Part shown: one piece after another, positions 1 to 9,680 of the stretch
Numbering within the stretch: position 1 is the first letter of the stretch
How the letters are laid out: each line of letters starts with the position of its first letter
Origin: Thermoplasmatales archaeon
GTDB taxonomy: Archaea > Thermoplasmatota > E2 > UBA202 > JdFR-43
Assembly: GCA_014361195.1 (NCBI GenBank)
Contig: JACIWA010000002.1
Span: 4,310-68,309, forward strand
Reading direction: 5' to 3'
Length of the DNA stretch: 64,000 nt
The notes under the pieces: generated by a model
What the model was told of the DNA's origin: nothing
The model's input: the letters and a program-made list of their open reading frames with translations, nothing else
The model's database searches: none
Program-made: the position numbers and the translations under genes

Positions 1-421
1 TAAAATGATTTAAAAACCATTCCTTATCTACAATAAATGTGATTAAAAATGCCCCTATCAAAAAATCAATTTGATCAAGAACAGGCAATGGCCTACCTCT
101 TTCAATCCCCAATCTTCTTTTAAAAAAGCTTTTTGCAATATCTCCAAGAAGTGCCCCAAATGAAAGAGATAAGATTATTGCAACAGAAGAAAAACCATGT
201 CCAAAAAGATTCCATATTTTATTTAGAATAATCCCGCAAATAAGACCGCAGGCTATCCCTCCCAATAGACCGCGCCATGTTTTTCCTTTTCCTAAAATTG
301 GCCTTCCATGCAATTTTTTACCAAAATCGATTGGTAAGCCTCCTCCGATTAAAACAGCAGATGAATTTGCAACGTAGGCGGGCATTATAAGCCATATTGC
401 CTCCGCAATTATTTCAATCAT
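1..421 (-). CDS. carS: CDP-archaeol synthase (CarS, DUF46 family), partial: C-terminus runs off the window edge
   Basis: Reverse translation from the CAT at 419-421 gives MIEIIAEAIWLIMPAYVANSSAVLIGGGLPIDFGKKLHGRPILGKGKTWRGL..., which matches the conserved PAYVANSxAVLxGGGxPIDFGK core of CarS. The reading frame is still open at position 1. Confidence 0.7.
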   Translation of the reverse strand, partial: MIEIIAEAIWLIMPAYVANSSAVLIGGGLPIDFGKKLHGRPILGKGKTWRGLLGGIACGLICGIILNKIWNLFGHGFSSVAIILSLSFGALLGDIAKSFFKRRLGIERGRPLPVLDQIDFLIGAFLITFIVDKEWFLNHF

Positions 422-1466
422 TTTTCACCTTTATAACTAATGTATCCGCAATAATATCTCCCAATCTTTGTCTTTTCTTGCTTAAATAAATTAAAATGAT
501 GCTTAGTATATAAAAGCCAGCATATAACTCAATATATCTGAGGATATTTCGAGTAAATATATTCATAAAATCTCTTCCATTTTCCTCATCTATGACTTCA
601 ATATTCATTATTGCCTTTCCAAATGTTGAGCCAAATAAAAATTCAAAAAGAAGAAAATAAATCATATGAAGAACCAAAAAAAATCTTATGAAGGAGAGAA
701 TAAAGTTTGATGAGCCAAGTGAAATAAAGAATGAAAAACCACAAACAATCAAACAATCAAGAAGATAGGAAATTATTCTTTCCCCAACACCCGCATATTT
801 CAAATCCTTCACAAAATATTCCCTCTTTATTCTCCCCTTCTCCTTCTTTATAAATAAAAAAGAAATAAAAAAAGAAATAATTGAAACAACATAAATCATA
901 TCATAAATTCCCGCCCCTCCCATCGAGCCCGCAAACGGGTGCCTGAAAAGCTGGGGCAGGTGGGCGAAATCGCCACCTATTATCACGCCGAGAGTTGAAA
1001 TTGTATATGCATATACTGGGGAAGTGTTTTCTCTGAAATATAAAGCGAGGGAAATCAAAGATGATGCAATTGGGGGCAAGAGATAGTAGGGAAAGTATGA
1101 AACAACCCCCTCTTCCCTTACTTCTGTAACCATGTATGTGATGAGAGAGACAATAGAAATTCCTAAAATTAATTTTGGGTAAGGTATTTTCTTTTTACTG
1201 AAGAAATGCAAGGATAATAATATAGGAATTAATCCTCCTCCTATATTTAATGCAAGAAAATAATCTTTATAAATGAAAACGGGTAAATCAACAATCATTG
1301 TTGATGATGAGCCAATCACGAGGAGCACAACCTCTTTTTTTCCAAAATACATTTCTTCAAAAGTTTTTTGATATATAAAAAAAAGATATGTTAGCAAAAG
1401 CAAAGGTGTGAGAACAAATATTGTAAATGATATAATCTCTTTAAGCACATGTTTATAACTTATCAA
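414..1466 (-). CDS. polytopic membrane protein with C-terminal RDD-family domain
   Basis: 350-aa ORF with many hydrophobic helices. The C-terminal region (GKAIMNIEVID...LRYIELYAGFYIL...RQRLGDIIADTLV) resembles the RDD membrane domain. It overlaps the carS start by 8 nt. Confidence 0.5.
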   Translation of the reverse strand: MISYKHVLKEIISFTIFVLTPLLLLTYLFFIYQKTFEEMYFGKKEVVLLVIGSSSTMIVDLPVFIYKDYFLALNIGGGLIPILLSLHFFSKKKIPYPKLILGISIVSLITYMVTEVREEGVVSYFPYYLLPPIASSLISLALYFRENTSPVYAYTISTLGVIIGGDFAHLPQLFRHPFAGSMGGAGIYDMIYVVSIISFFISFLFIKKEKGRIKREYFVKDLKYAGVGERIISYLLDCLIVCGFSFFISLGSSNFILSFIRFFLVLHMIYFLLFEFLFGSTFGKAIMNIEVIDEENGRDFMNIFTRNILRYIELYAGFYILSIILIYLSKKRQRLGDIIADTLVIKVKND

Positions 1467-1650
1467 TTAAAAAATTTTTGGAATTTGATTTCTTTGCGAA
1501 CAAAATGCATATTTATATGGTATTGATGATTATTAAAACATTTAAAAATTTCTGAAGCAAGAGCTGAAAAATTCTCTATATAATTTTCTACCGGAGGGCT
1601 ATTTCCTCTGGATGCTATTTTATTCCTGTTTGCTTTAAAGAATTAAAAAA

Positions 1651-1908
1651 TCATTCTTTGAATTTCTCAATCTCCTTTCTTAATCTTTTGTGAAATTTTC
1701 TTAACTTTAAATACATCGCGATTGTTTTTCCTGTATAAATTAGAGTTAATGCAATTGAAACAATGAGAAGATATAATGCTATCATAAGGATAAAAATTCT
1801 ATGGAAATAAATAAGATAAAAAAACACTAAAATTGATATCACAATCAGTGAAATTGGCATTAAATGCCTTACCGCAAATTCTTTAGTATCCATAGTGGAA
1901 TAAAACAA
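1651..1908 (-). CDS. small hypothetical membrane protein (2 predicted TM helices, basic C-terminus)
   Basis: 85-aa ORF with two hydrophobic stretches. No recognisable motifs. Confidence 0.3.
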   Translation of the reverse strand: MFYSTMDTKEFAVRHLMPISLIVISILVFFYLIYFHRIFILMIALYLLIVSIALTLIYTGKTIAMYLKLRKFHKRLRKEIEKFKE

Positions 1909-1937
1909 ATTATAAATATTATTTTCCTTATTTTTTT

Positions 1938-2951
1938 ATGCAAGCAATAATACTTGCAGGAGGATATGGAACAAGGCTTGCTCCAGTGACTTATACCATA
2001 CCAAAACCACTTCTTCCATTGCTGAATAAGCCAATGATTGAATATATAATAAATTCTCTTCCTAAGGATAGTGAGATCATTATTGCCTCAAATTATAAGA
2101 ACAGCAAAATAAAGAAATATTTTGAAGAAAAAGGAATGGGAGTTATTATAAATAAGGAAAATAAACCACTTGGAACAGGAGGGGCGGTGAAAAATGCGGA
2201 AAAATATATCGATGGAAAATTTATAGTAATAAATAGCGATATAATATCATCTCTTAACATAAGGAAAATGATCAGATATCATGAAAAGAAAAAATCCTTT
2301 ATAACAATCTCTCTCTGGAAGGTAGATAATGTTGAAGAATTTGGCGTGGTCGATTTATTGCGGGATGGAAAAATAAAAAAATTTATTGAGAAGCCCGCCC
2401 GCCATGAGGCGCCATCCCAGCTAATAAATGCTGGCACGTATTGCATGGAATATGATGTGCTTGACTACATTGAAAAAGGCAAATTTGTATCGATGGAAAA
2501 GGAAATATTTCCAAAAGTGATAGAGGAGGGGAGAGGATTTTATGGATATCTTTTTGATGGCTACTGGACGGATGTTGGGAAAAGGGAAAGTTATTTAGAG
2601 GCAACAAAATTTTTATTGAAGAGAAAAAGCTTAAGCTACCTATATGGAGAGAATTGCAATATAGAGGGCTTAGTTAAATATTCTACAATTGGAAATAATT
2701 GCTCAATTGGGAAAAACTCAATTGTTAATGAAAGTATAATTTATGAAGATTGTATTATTGGAAAAAATGTTGAAATTGAAAATTCCATAATTGCAAAAAA
2801 ATGCATAATAAAGGATGGAGTGAAATTGAAAAATGTTATTGCGGGAGAAAAAGAAGAAATAAAAAGAAGCACGCGGGACGCAAAAATTTGGAGCAAGCCA
2901 TTGCCTAGAGGATATCCAAAGGAGCAGGTTGGAAATCCTTGCAGGAAATAA
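1938..2951 (+). CDS. sugar-1-phosphate nucleotidylyltransferase (NDP-sugar pyrophosphorylase) with C-terminal left-handed beta-helix
   Basis: The N-terminus MQAIILAGGYGTRLAPVTYTIPKPLLPL is the canonical GGxGTRL nucleotidyltransferase signature. The C-terminal IGxNxxI hexapeptide repeats form an LbH domain. Confidence 0.8.
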   Translation: MQAIILAGGYGTRLAPVTYTIPKPLLPLLNKPMIEYIINSLPKDSEIIIASNYKNSKIKKYFEEKGMGVIINKENKPLGTGGAVKNAEKYIDGKFIVINSDIISSLNIRKMIRYHEKKKSFITISLWKVDNVEEFGVVDLLRDGKIKKFIEKPARHEAPSQLINAGTYCMEYDVLDYIEKGKFVSMEKEIFPKVIEEGRGFYGYLFDGYWTDVGKRESYLEATKFLLKRKSLSYLYGENCNIEGLVKYSTIGNNCSIGKNSIVNESIIYEDCIIGKNVEIENSIIAKKCIIKDGVKLKNVIAGEKEEIKRSTRDAKIWSKPLPRGYPKEQVGNPCRK

Positions 2952-4098
2952 ATGGTATTATTTCTCTTCCAAAAATATTTATTTTATCGGAAAAAGTAAT
3001 TACTTCCATAGATTTTTTTCCTTCAAGATTGCATTTCAAAATTAAAATATCCTTTCCTCCCTGACTATAACTTTCTGTATAACCCGCTATATATATTCTT
3101 TCATTTTCGATATCCATTGCCATTAAACAATCCTCTTTTTTCCCACCCCATGTTTTTAACCATGCAAAATTATCATCCCTATATTTAACTAAATATAGAT
3201 CTCCTTCACTATTTATCCCACCCGCATAAAATGAATCCCCGTATATTTTCACTGAAAATGCACAATCATTTTCTCCTCCCCATCTCCTGTCAAAAATCAG
3301 TTCCCCATTCATATCATACTTTATTACAAAAGAACTTGGGAAATAAGAAGAAGTATAGCCCGCTATATATATTCCATCAGATATATCTATTGAATATCCA
3401 ATATCATCTTTTTCCCCACCCCATGTTTTGAAAAACAGTAAGTTGCCATCTATGTCAAATTTTAGCAAAATAGCATCTTTTTCACCAACAGAATAAGTAG
3501 TTGTATAACCAGTTATATATATTCCATTTGTCACATAAATATCATAAGCTTCCTCATCTTTATTTCCGCCCCATGTTTTAGCCCACAACAGATTTCCATC
3601 ATTGTCATATTTTAATAAAAGAACCCTTTTCGATATTGCCCCAAAACTTGAAGTTACTCCACATATGTATATATTGTTCTCATATACATCTAATCCATAT
3701 GCTATATCATCCCCACTTCCTCCCCATTTCTTCATCCACAAAATGCTTTTGTTTTCATCCAATTTTGCGATAAAAACATCTTTATTTTCTTCTCTAATTT
3801 TTCCAGTTAAATAAATATATCCATTATAAAACTTCAAATCATTTATAGTTGAATCATCGAATGTAACATTCCAGATAGCTTTTCCATCAATGTCGTATTT
3901 AAGCAATACACCTTTTCCATTACTTGCTCCTCCTACATATATAGAATCATTTACTACATCAATACATGTTGCAAAATCATCTTCACCACTTCCCCATGTT
4001 TTATACCAGATGGGCTTTATTTCATTACCCCATCCAAAAGCAGAGTAAGAAATTGCAGTGCATATTAAAATGATTGTTGCTAAAGCTATTTTTTTCAT
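2905..4098 (-). CDS. secreted beta-propeller repeat protein (SBBP-type repeats)
   Basis: N-terminal signal peptide MKKIALATIILICTAISYSAFG. About 7 tandem repeats follow of the form KTWGG..DD.AY.I....IYI.GYT.S......D.LLLKYD.DGNLLW. Confidence 0.7.
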   Translation of the reverse strand: MKKIALATIILICTAISYSAFGWGNEIKPIWYKTWGSGEDDFATCIDVVNDSIYVGGASNGKGVLLKYDIDGKAIWNVTFDDSTINDLKFYNGYIYLTGKIREENKDVFIAKLDENKSILWMKKWGGSGDDIAYGLDVYENNIYICGVTSSFGAISKRVLLLKYDNDGNLLWAKTWGGNKDEEAYDIYVTNGIYITGYTTTYSVGEKDAILLKFDIDGNLLFFKTWGGEKDDIGYSIDISDGIYIAGYTSSYFPSSFVIKYDMNGELIFDRRWGGENDCAFSVKIYGDSFYAGGINSEGDLYLVKYRDDNFAWLKTWGGKKEDCLMAMDIENERIYIAGYTESYSQGGKDILILKCNLEGKKSMEVITFSDKINIFGREIIPFISCKDFQPAPLDIL

Positions 4099-4177
4099 GT
4101 CATAAATTTTGTTTCATGTATTTAAAGCTATTCTTCCAAAAATATAGTTTTATATAATGCTCAGAAATAATTCAAAC

Positions 4178-5327
4178 ATGGCAAAAAAGAATAATGGAAA
4201 AGATTTCATAATATTTATCTTACTCATAGCTTTTTTCATCAATTTTATTCTTTTTGCTTGAAAATAACAGGCAAACTATAGCGGGAATTATTTTTATAAC
4301 TTCTATACTCGCCTACCTTTTATTCTGGCGATTCAGAGTTGGAATAGTTGCAATGTTAAGAGATGTTGGATTTTTTTCATGGATTGGAATAAGATTGAAT
4401 AAATTTGCAAAATTCAAAGCAAAAAATCTTTTTGTCATAATTCTTTTCATCTCAACCTTAATCATTTCAATAATCCAATAGGGATAATTATAGCAATGCG
4501 TGCGGGCTTGACTTTTGAAGATTTTGTCAGATGGGCTTTCCCAGTTGGATTTGCGTCGCTATTAATTTTAATTCTAATCATGCTTTTCTTCCTTAGGAAA
4601 GATCTAAAAAATTTTCAGCAAAGTATAGAGAAAAAATAGAGAAGGAAAACTTGAAATCGGCGGATGAAATTATCGAAACAGTTGATAAAACAATAGATAA
4701 GAGAGCCCTTAAAATAGGAATTGCAATTTTCTTCTCAATTATTTTCCTCATTTCAATCCACGCAAGAAGAGAAAATTTTCTCAACTTGGAAAAAAACACA
4801 TTCCTCATAATTGCTCCGATTGCTGGCGCTGGCGTAGCCATGACCTGGCGCAGGGAGAAGGCGCAAAAATATGTTGAGAGAGTTGATTGGTGGAACCTCG
4901 TTTTCTTCATTTTCCTCTTTTCAATAGCGGGATGCATATCCTATGTAGGGCTATCTGATAGAATAGCGAATTCCATTGAAATTATTCAAAGTCTCTTCCT
5001 TTGATGATAATATTGATATCTTTTGTCAGTGCATTTGCTTCTTCAATGATAGATAATGTTGTTCTTGTTACATCCTTTATACCAATAATATCTTCTCTCG
5101 CTAATTCTGGCATAAATGTTTTTCCTCTCTGGTGAGCTCTTCTTTTTGGAGGATGTTATGGTGGGAATATAACCCAAATTGGTTCGACCGCAAATATTGT
5201 TGCAATTGGAGTATTAGAGAAAAGAAAGCATCATTATGTAAATGCAAGGGAATGGCTTCCACTTGGCTTTATAGCGGGAATTATTCCAACAATTGTTGGT
5301 TTAATTTTCCTAATCCTGCAAATTTAA
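4178..5327 (+). pseudogene. disrupted ArsB/NhaD (ion-transporter superfamily) permease gene, split over at least 4 reading frames
   Basis: Consecutive ORF fragments in different frames (4178-, 4254-4481, 4496-, 4651-5004, 5004-, ...-5327) are all hydrophobic. Together they contain permease motifs: MIDNVVLVTSFIPII and GGNITQIGSTANIVAIGVLEK. No single ORF exceeds 117 aa. Confidence 0.5.
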
Positions 5328-5350
5328 TATATAATTAAGGATTTAGCTTC

Positions 5351-5803
5351 ATGAATAAAATCTTCAAAGAGCTAATTGAAAAGATAAAAGAAATTGCTTC
5401 TATGCAATTGGATAAAAACAGCAAGTTAAAAAGAATATGTGATTTAATGAAGGAAAAAATTCATTATTATAATTGGGTAGGTTTTTATTTTGCAAGAGAT
5501 GAAGAGCTTGTTTTAGGCCCTTTTTGTGGCAGTGACACAGAGCATAAGATAATTCCCTTTGGAAAAGGTATATGCGGACAAGTTGCGAAAAGCAAAAATA
5601 CATTAATTGTTCAGGATGTTTCAAAAGAAAAAAATTATTTAGCATGCAGCAGAGAAGTTAAAGCGGAAATAGTTGTTCCAATTATTAAAGATGGAAAATT
5701 TTTAGGAGAAATTGATATAGATAGCCACTATATTTCTTCTTTTACAGATGAAGATAAGGAATTTCTTGAAGAAGTTTGTAAAATTGTAGCGGATATTATT
5801 TAA
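5351..5803 (+). CDS. GAF-domain free methionine-(R)-sulfoxide reductase (fRMsr/YebR family)
   Basis: NWVGFYFAR...GPFCGSDTEHKIIPFGKGICGQVAKSKNTLIVQDV...EIVVPIIKDGKFLGEIDIDSHYISSFTDEDKEFLE closely matches the fRMsr GAF signature, including the catalytic Cys positions. Confidence 0.8.
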   Translation: MNKIFKELIEKIKEIASMQLDKNSKLKRICDLMKEKIHYYNWVGFYFARDEELVLGPFCGSDTEHKIIPFGKGICGQVAKSKNTLIVQDVSKEKNYLACSREVKAEIVVPIIKDGKFLGEIDIDSHYISSFTDEDKEFLEEVCKIVADII

Positions 5804-6971
5804 TCCTGAATAATTTTTTAAGAAATTCTAAAAATTTAATCTTCTTCTCTCCCTTCTCCCCTTTTTCTTCCAATAAACCAATCCTAAATTTTATTGTTTT
5901 TGCAACCGGTGCCCCTCCAACCACTACCAAATTATCTTGGCTATCATTAGTAGTTCCTTTCATCCAGTCGTTCATATCATTTCCATTGCTTATGAGTTTT
6001 CCAAGATAGGCATCAAGAAGCAAATTCCCCCAGGCACCATATAGGCCAGCATAATATTCATCTTTATTTATCTTTCCTGTAACTGCTATATTTCCATTTT
6101 TCATCAATACCAGATCATATAGCCAACCTTCCATGCCAGCTTTTTCCCACAAAATATTGAAATTTCTACTTATTTTTGCTAAATAATGCTTATACCCTGC
6201 GTCTTCAAATTGGCCGCAGATAAATATATCTCTATCATAAAATATTTTACATGGCAGAACCCTCAAATCAAAAATTTTCTCATTTTTTTCTATCCCGAAT
6301 TTATCAAAATTCGAAATAATCAAATTGTAATCATCCTTTGCAACAAATCCCGCACAGAAAATATCATTTTCAAAAACACTTAGCGCTGTATAACCAGTAT
6401 ATTTCCCCATTTTCCAGCATTTCCTATTCCATATAACCGAGCCATCATTTTTCGAGACCTTCATAACAAATCCATTTACAGATGGCGGAACAATTCTCCC
6501 CCCGAAACCCGCAACAAAAATATTATCGCTTTTATCTATAGCCAGGGCGGGCGCCTGCGTGTACAAAAATGGGGCATAATTTTTTTCCCATAAAGGAGAG
6601 CCATCTTTTGAATATTTCTTTAAATAGATTGTGCAGTATTTTCCGCTTTTATCATAAAATGAGCCGACTGTTATTATGTTATCTTTCGAATCGACTTTTA
6701 CATCAAGCAATGAGCCGAAGCCTTTTGAAAGGAATTTATCAACATTAAATGGTTTTTTTAAAGAAATTTGGGAAGGAAAATATATTTTAAGGGAAGTGTG
6801 ATCATTCCATAAAAGATTTCCATCTTTATCATATTTCAGAATTAGCCCTCTGTAATCTTTATCCAATCCACATACTATAATATTATCCTTTGAATCTACC
6901 ACAACTCTGCAATTTCCATATCCTTCATTATAATTTCTCTCCCATATTACCTCGTAACTATAATTTTTCAT
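5796..6971 (-). CDS. beta-propeller repeat protein (SBBP/PQQ-like repeats), no obvious signal peptide
   Basis: Repeats of the form DSKDNIIV.G...LKYDKDGNLLW, SKDGSPLWEKNY and KNDGSVIWNRK. Confidence 0.55.
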   Translation of the reverse strand: MKNYSYEVIWERNYNEGYGNCRVVVDSKDNIIVCGLDKDYRGLILKYDKDGNLLWNDHTSLKIYFPSQISLKKPFNVDKFLSKGFGSLLDVKVDSKDNIITVGSFYDKSGKYCTIYLKKYSKDGSPLWEKNYAPFLYTQAPALAIDKSDNIFVAGFGGRIVPPSVNGFVMKVSKNDGSVIWNRKCWKMGKYTGYTALSVFENDIFCAGFVAKDDYNLIISNFDKFGIEKNEKIFDLRVLPCKIFYDRDIFICGQFEDAGYKHYLAKISRNFNILWEKAGMEGWLYDLVLMKNGNIAVTGKINKDEYYAGLYGAWGNLLLDAYLGKLISNGNDMNDWMKGTTNDSQDNLVVVGGAPVAKTIKFRIGLLEEKGEKGEKKIKFLEFLKKLFRIK

Positions 6972-7098
6972 CCTGAATATAAATCATAATTTATATAAAA
7001 CTTTATTTGAAGAAATTGTTCTGGTAGAGCAATTTTGCATACCGTTTGCAATAAATAAAAATAAATAATATTATATAGTAAAAAAGCAATATTGCCTC

Positions 7099-7914
7099 AT
7101 GGAGGCAAAAATATTTGATAAGATGTATGAAGAATTTAGGGAAATACTGATCTCCGGGGTAAAAATGAAAATATTGATGAGTTTGCTTGAAGGAACAAAA
7201 ACATCTAGGCAATTAATGGAAGAAATAGGCATAAGTCTATCATCTGTTCTTCATACTGCTAGAGAGTTAGAGGATAAAAAATATATAGAGGAAAGAAAAG
7301 AAGGTTTTGTTCTAACTCCAGCAGGAAAAATAGTTGGGCAAAAAGTACTGGATTTAACAAATTCATTCTATGTTACAGGGAAACATAAAGAATTCTGGCT
7401 AACACATGATGTAGATGGGATTCCAAAGCAATTCATTGCCAGAATAGGCGAAATCAGGAACACCGAGATAGTTAAATCTTCTCCAAAAAATTTATTGCAA
7501 GTTCTTGCGCTTTATGTAAAGCATGTGAGCAAGGCAAAAGAGCTTGCTGGAATATCTCCAGTTTATGTGGAGGAATTCTCGAATTTGGTTAAAAAATTGC
7601 TTAATAAAGGGGCAAAAATAAGACTTGTTATATCTAAGAATATAGCAGATAAAGTTTTTGAAGCATATAAAAAAGAGGCGGATGAAGAGTTAAGAAAAAA
7701 AGTTGAAGAGGGCAACTTGAAAATATGGCTAATTGATGATGTAAAGATAGCAATGACAGTCACTGAATCATTTGTTTCAATTGGCCTATTTAATTTAGAT
7801 GGAACATATGACTTTTCCCAAGATTTAGTAAGTTATGATGAGGAGGCGATAGAATGGGGTAGAGAATTATTCGAATATTATAAATCAAGGGCAAAGGAAG
7901 TTAGCATACCCTAG
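7099..7914 (+). CDS. winged-helix transcriptional regulator with C-terminal DUF1724-like domain
   Basis: N-terminal wHTH (KMKILMSLLEGTKTSRQLMEEIGISLSSVLHTARELEDKKYIE), then a ~180-aa domain of the kind found in methanogen-type HTH-DUF1724 regulators. Confidence 0.65.
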   Translation: MEAKIFDKMYEEFREILISGVKMKILMSLLEGTKTSRQLMEEIGISLSSVLHTARELEDKKYIEERKEGFVLTPAGKIVGQKVLDLTNSFYVTGKHKEFWLTHDVDGIPKQFIARIGEIRNTEIVKSSPKNLLQVLALYVKHVSKAKELAGISPVYVEEFSNLVKKLLNKGAKIRLVISKNIADKVFEAYKKEADEELRKKVEEGNLKIWLIDDVKIAMTVTESFVSIGLFNLDGTYDFSQDLVSYDEEAIEWGRELFEYYKSRAKEVSIP

Positions 7915-7975
7915 CCCTATCTCCTTTATAAAAGATTTTTTTCATTTCCTTACTCTTACAAATATTTTTACTTCT

Positions 7976-8752
7976 TTGGTTGGCGCATCAATAATATCAT
8001 TTTCCTTTCTCCTCCTAATAGGGAAAATACTCCCAGAGATGGTTATTTGTACCTCTCTTATTACATATAGTGTATATTCATTGAATAGAGTAACAGATAT
8101 TGAAGAAGATGCATCAAACTTGCCAGAGAGAGTTAATTTTATCCAATCTAAAAAGAATATTATAATTTTTCTTTCCATCTTTTCCTACATTTTTGCTATA
8201 ATTTTAGGAGGAATAAGAAACAAATATACAATTCCAATCTTTTTAATACCATTCTTCATGGGGCTCATATATAGCATAAAAATATCTTCTTTCAGATTAA
8301 AGGATTTATTTTTAGCAAAAAATTTAACTGTTTCCTTATCTTGGGCTGTTTCCTCCGCCTTCCTCCCCTATGTCTTTGGAGGGAATTTTGTCTTTGCGGT
8401 TATGATCTTTCTTTTTCTTTTCATAAAATGTTTTGTAAATACTGTAGTTTTTGATGTGAGAGATGTTGAGGGTGATAGAAAAGTGAATGCAAATACCCTC
8501 CCGGTCGTTATGGGCGTAGAAAAGACAATGTTAATTCTCCTCTTTATAAACTCTACTTTATTTATTTGGCTTTTTTTGTGTATCCAAAAAAATTTTTTTC
8601 TGGAATATATTCCAGCGATTTTGTTTTCTATAATATATGGGTATATTTACATACTTTTATTCTGCAAAAGTGTTAACAAAAAATACAATTTTGATTATGC
8701 GATTGATGGAGAATTTATAATATTATTCCTTATTTGCATATTCATTCAATAG
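7976..8752 (+). CDS. UbiA-family membrane prenyltransferase (DGGGP-synthase-like)
   Basis: Polytopic membrane protein with two Asp-rich motifs: NRVTDIEEDASN and DVRDVEGDRKVNANTLPVVMG (NxxxDxxxD / DxxDxxxD). Confidence 0.7.
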   Translation: MVGASIISFSFLLLIGKILPEMVICTSLITYSVYSLNRVTDIEEDASNLPERVNFIQSKKNIIIFLSIFSYIFAIILGGIRNKYTIPIFLIPFFMGLIYSIKISSFRLKDLFLAKNLTVSLSWAVSSAFLPYVFGGNFVFAVMIFLFLFIKCFVNTVVFDVRDVEGDRKVNANTLPVVMGVEKTMLILLFINSTLFIWLFLCIQKNFFLEYIPAILFSIIYGYIYILLFCKSVNKKYNFDYAIDGEFIILFLICIFIQ

Positions 8753-8783
8753 GAAAATTTTTTAATAAAAAAGTTATAATATT

Positions 8784-9680
8784 ATGAAGAGGCTGACATT
8801 TATTCTTGCAATAATTATTTTTGGTAATGGTATTGGAAGCGGTGTAATTGTTGAAATAATAAGTCCTTCTAATGGGGAAATATTTCATGTGAGAAATGTT
8901 ACTATACATGGAATTGCTCAAGCATGCTGTAATGATAAGCTTATTCAATTAATATGGGAACACAAATGGGATAATGGCAGCCTATCAGGTGAAATAAAAC
9001 TTGATTTTATATTTTATTATGAATTCAATATAGATATTCTTCTTTATCCGGGCAAGAATTTATTTGAAATTACCGCAATTTCCTATTCAGGAAATAAAGC
9101 ATCGGCAAAAGTTGAAATATATTACGATGGTCCTCTTGCAGATGCAAATGGCCCCTACTACGGATATGTGCTAGAGGAAATAGAATTTAAAGGCTTTGCT
9201 TATGGAGGAAGTGAGCCATATACATTTCTCTGGTATTTTGGGGATGGAAATTTCAGCAATGAAATTAACCCAAAGCATGCTTATATGAAGGAGGGATTTT
9301 ACAACATAATTTTTAAAGTAATTGATTCAAACGGTTATTCAGATGTAAATCATACTTTTGTTTTTATCAGCAAAAGGGAGGAGAATCCTCCTTATGTTGA
9401 AATAATAAACCCTAAAAATTGGATTTACATAAATGGAAATAAAATTATTCCGTTTGTTATCCCATTAATAATAGGGAATGTGACTATAGAAGCAAATGCA
9501 TATGATGACAGTGGAATAAGCTTTGTTGAATTTTATATGGATAAAAGTATTTTATGCAGTTTATACTCTCCACCTTATTCTTTTGAATGGAGTGGAAAAG
9601 GTTATCATGAAATAGAAGCGGTGGCATATGATCTATCAATGAATAAGGCAAATTATTCAATAAGCCTTCTTGCAATTTAA
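8784..9680 (+). CDS. secreted PKD-domain / Ig-like repeat protein
   Basis: Signal peptide MKRLTFILAIIIFGNGIGSG. Central PKD domain (GPYYGYV...YTFLWYFGDGNFSNEINPKHAYMKEGFYNIIFKVIDSNGYSD) flanked by Ig-like beta-sandwich segments. Confidence 0.7.
   Translation: MKRLTFILAIIIFGNGIGSGVIVEIISPSNGEIFHVRNVTIHGIAQACCNDKLIQLIWEHKWDNGSLSGEIKLDFIFYYEFNIDILLYPGKNLFEITAISYSGNKASAKVEIYYDGPLADANGPYYGYVLEEIEFKGFAYGGSEPYTFLWYFGDGNFSNEINPKHAYMKEGFYNIIFKVIDSNGYSDVNHTFVFISKREENPPYVEIINPKNWIYINGNKIIPFVIPLIIGNVTIEANAYDDSGISFVEFYMDKSILCSLYSPPYSFEWSGKGYHEIEAVAYDLSMNKANYSISLLAI

Noticed and set aside
7003-7212. 69-aa minus-strand ORF overlapping the start of the HTH-DUF1724 regulator
   Set aside because: Antisense to the 5' end of a well-supported gene and AT-rich. 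Likely spurious.
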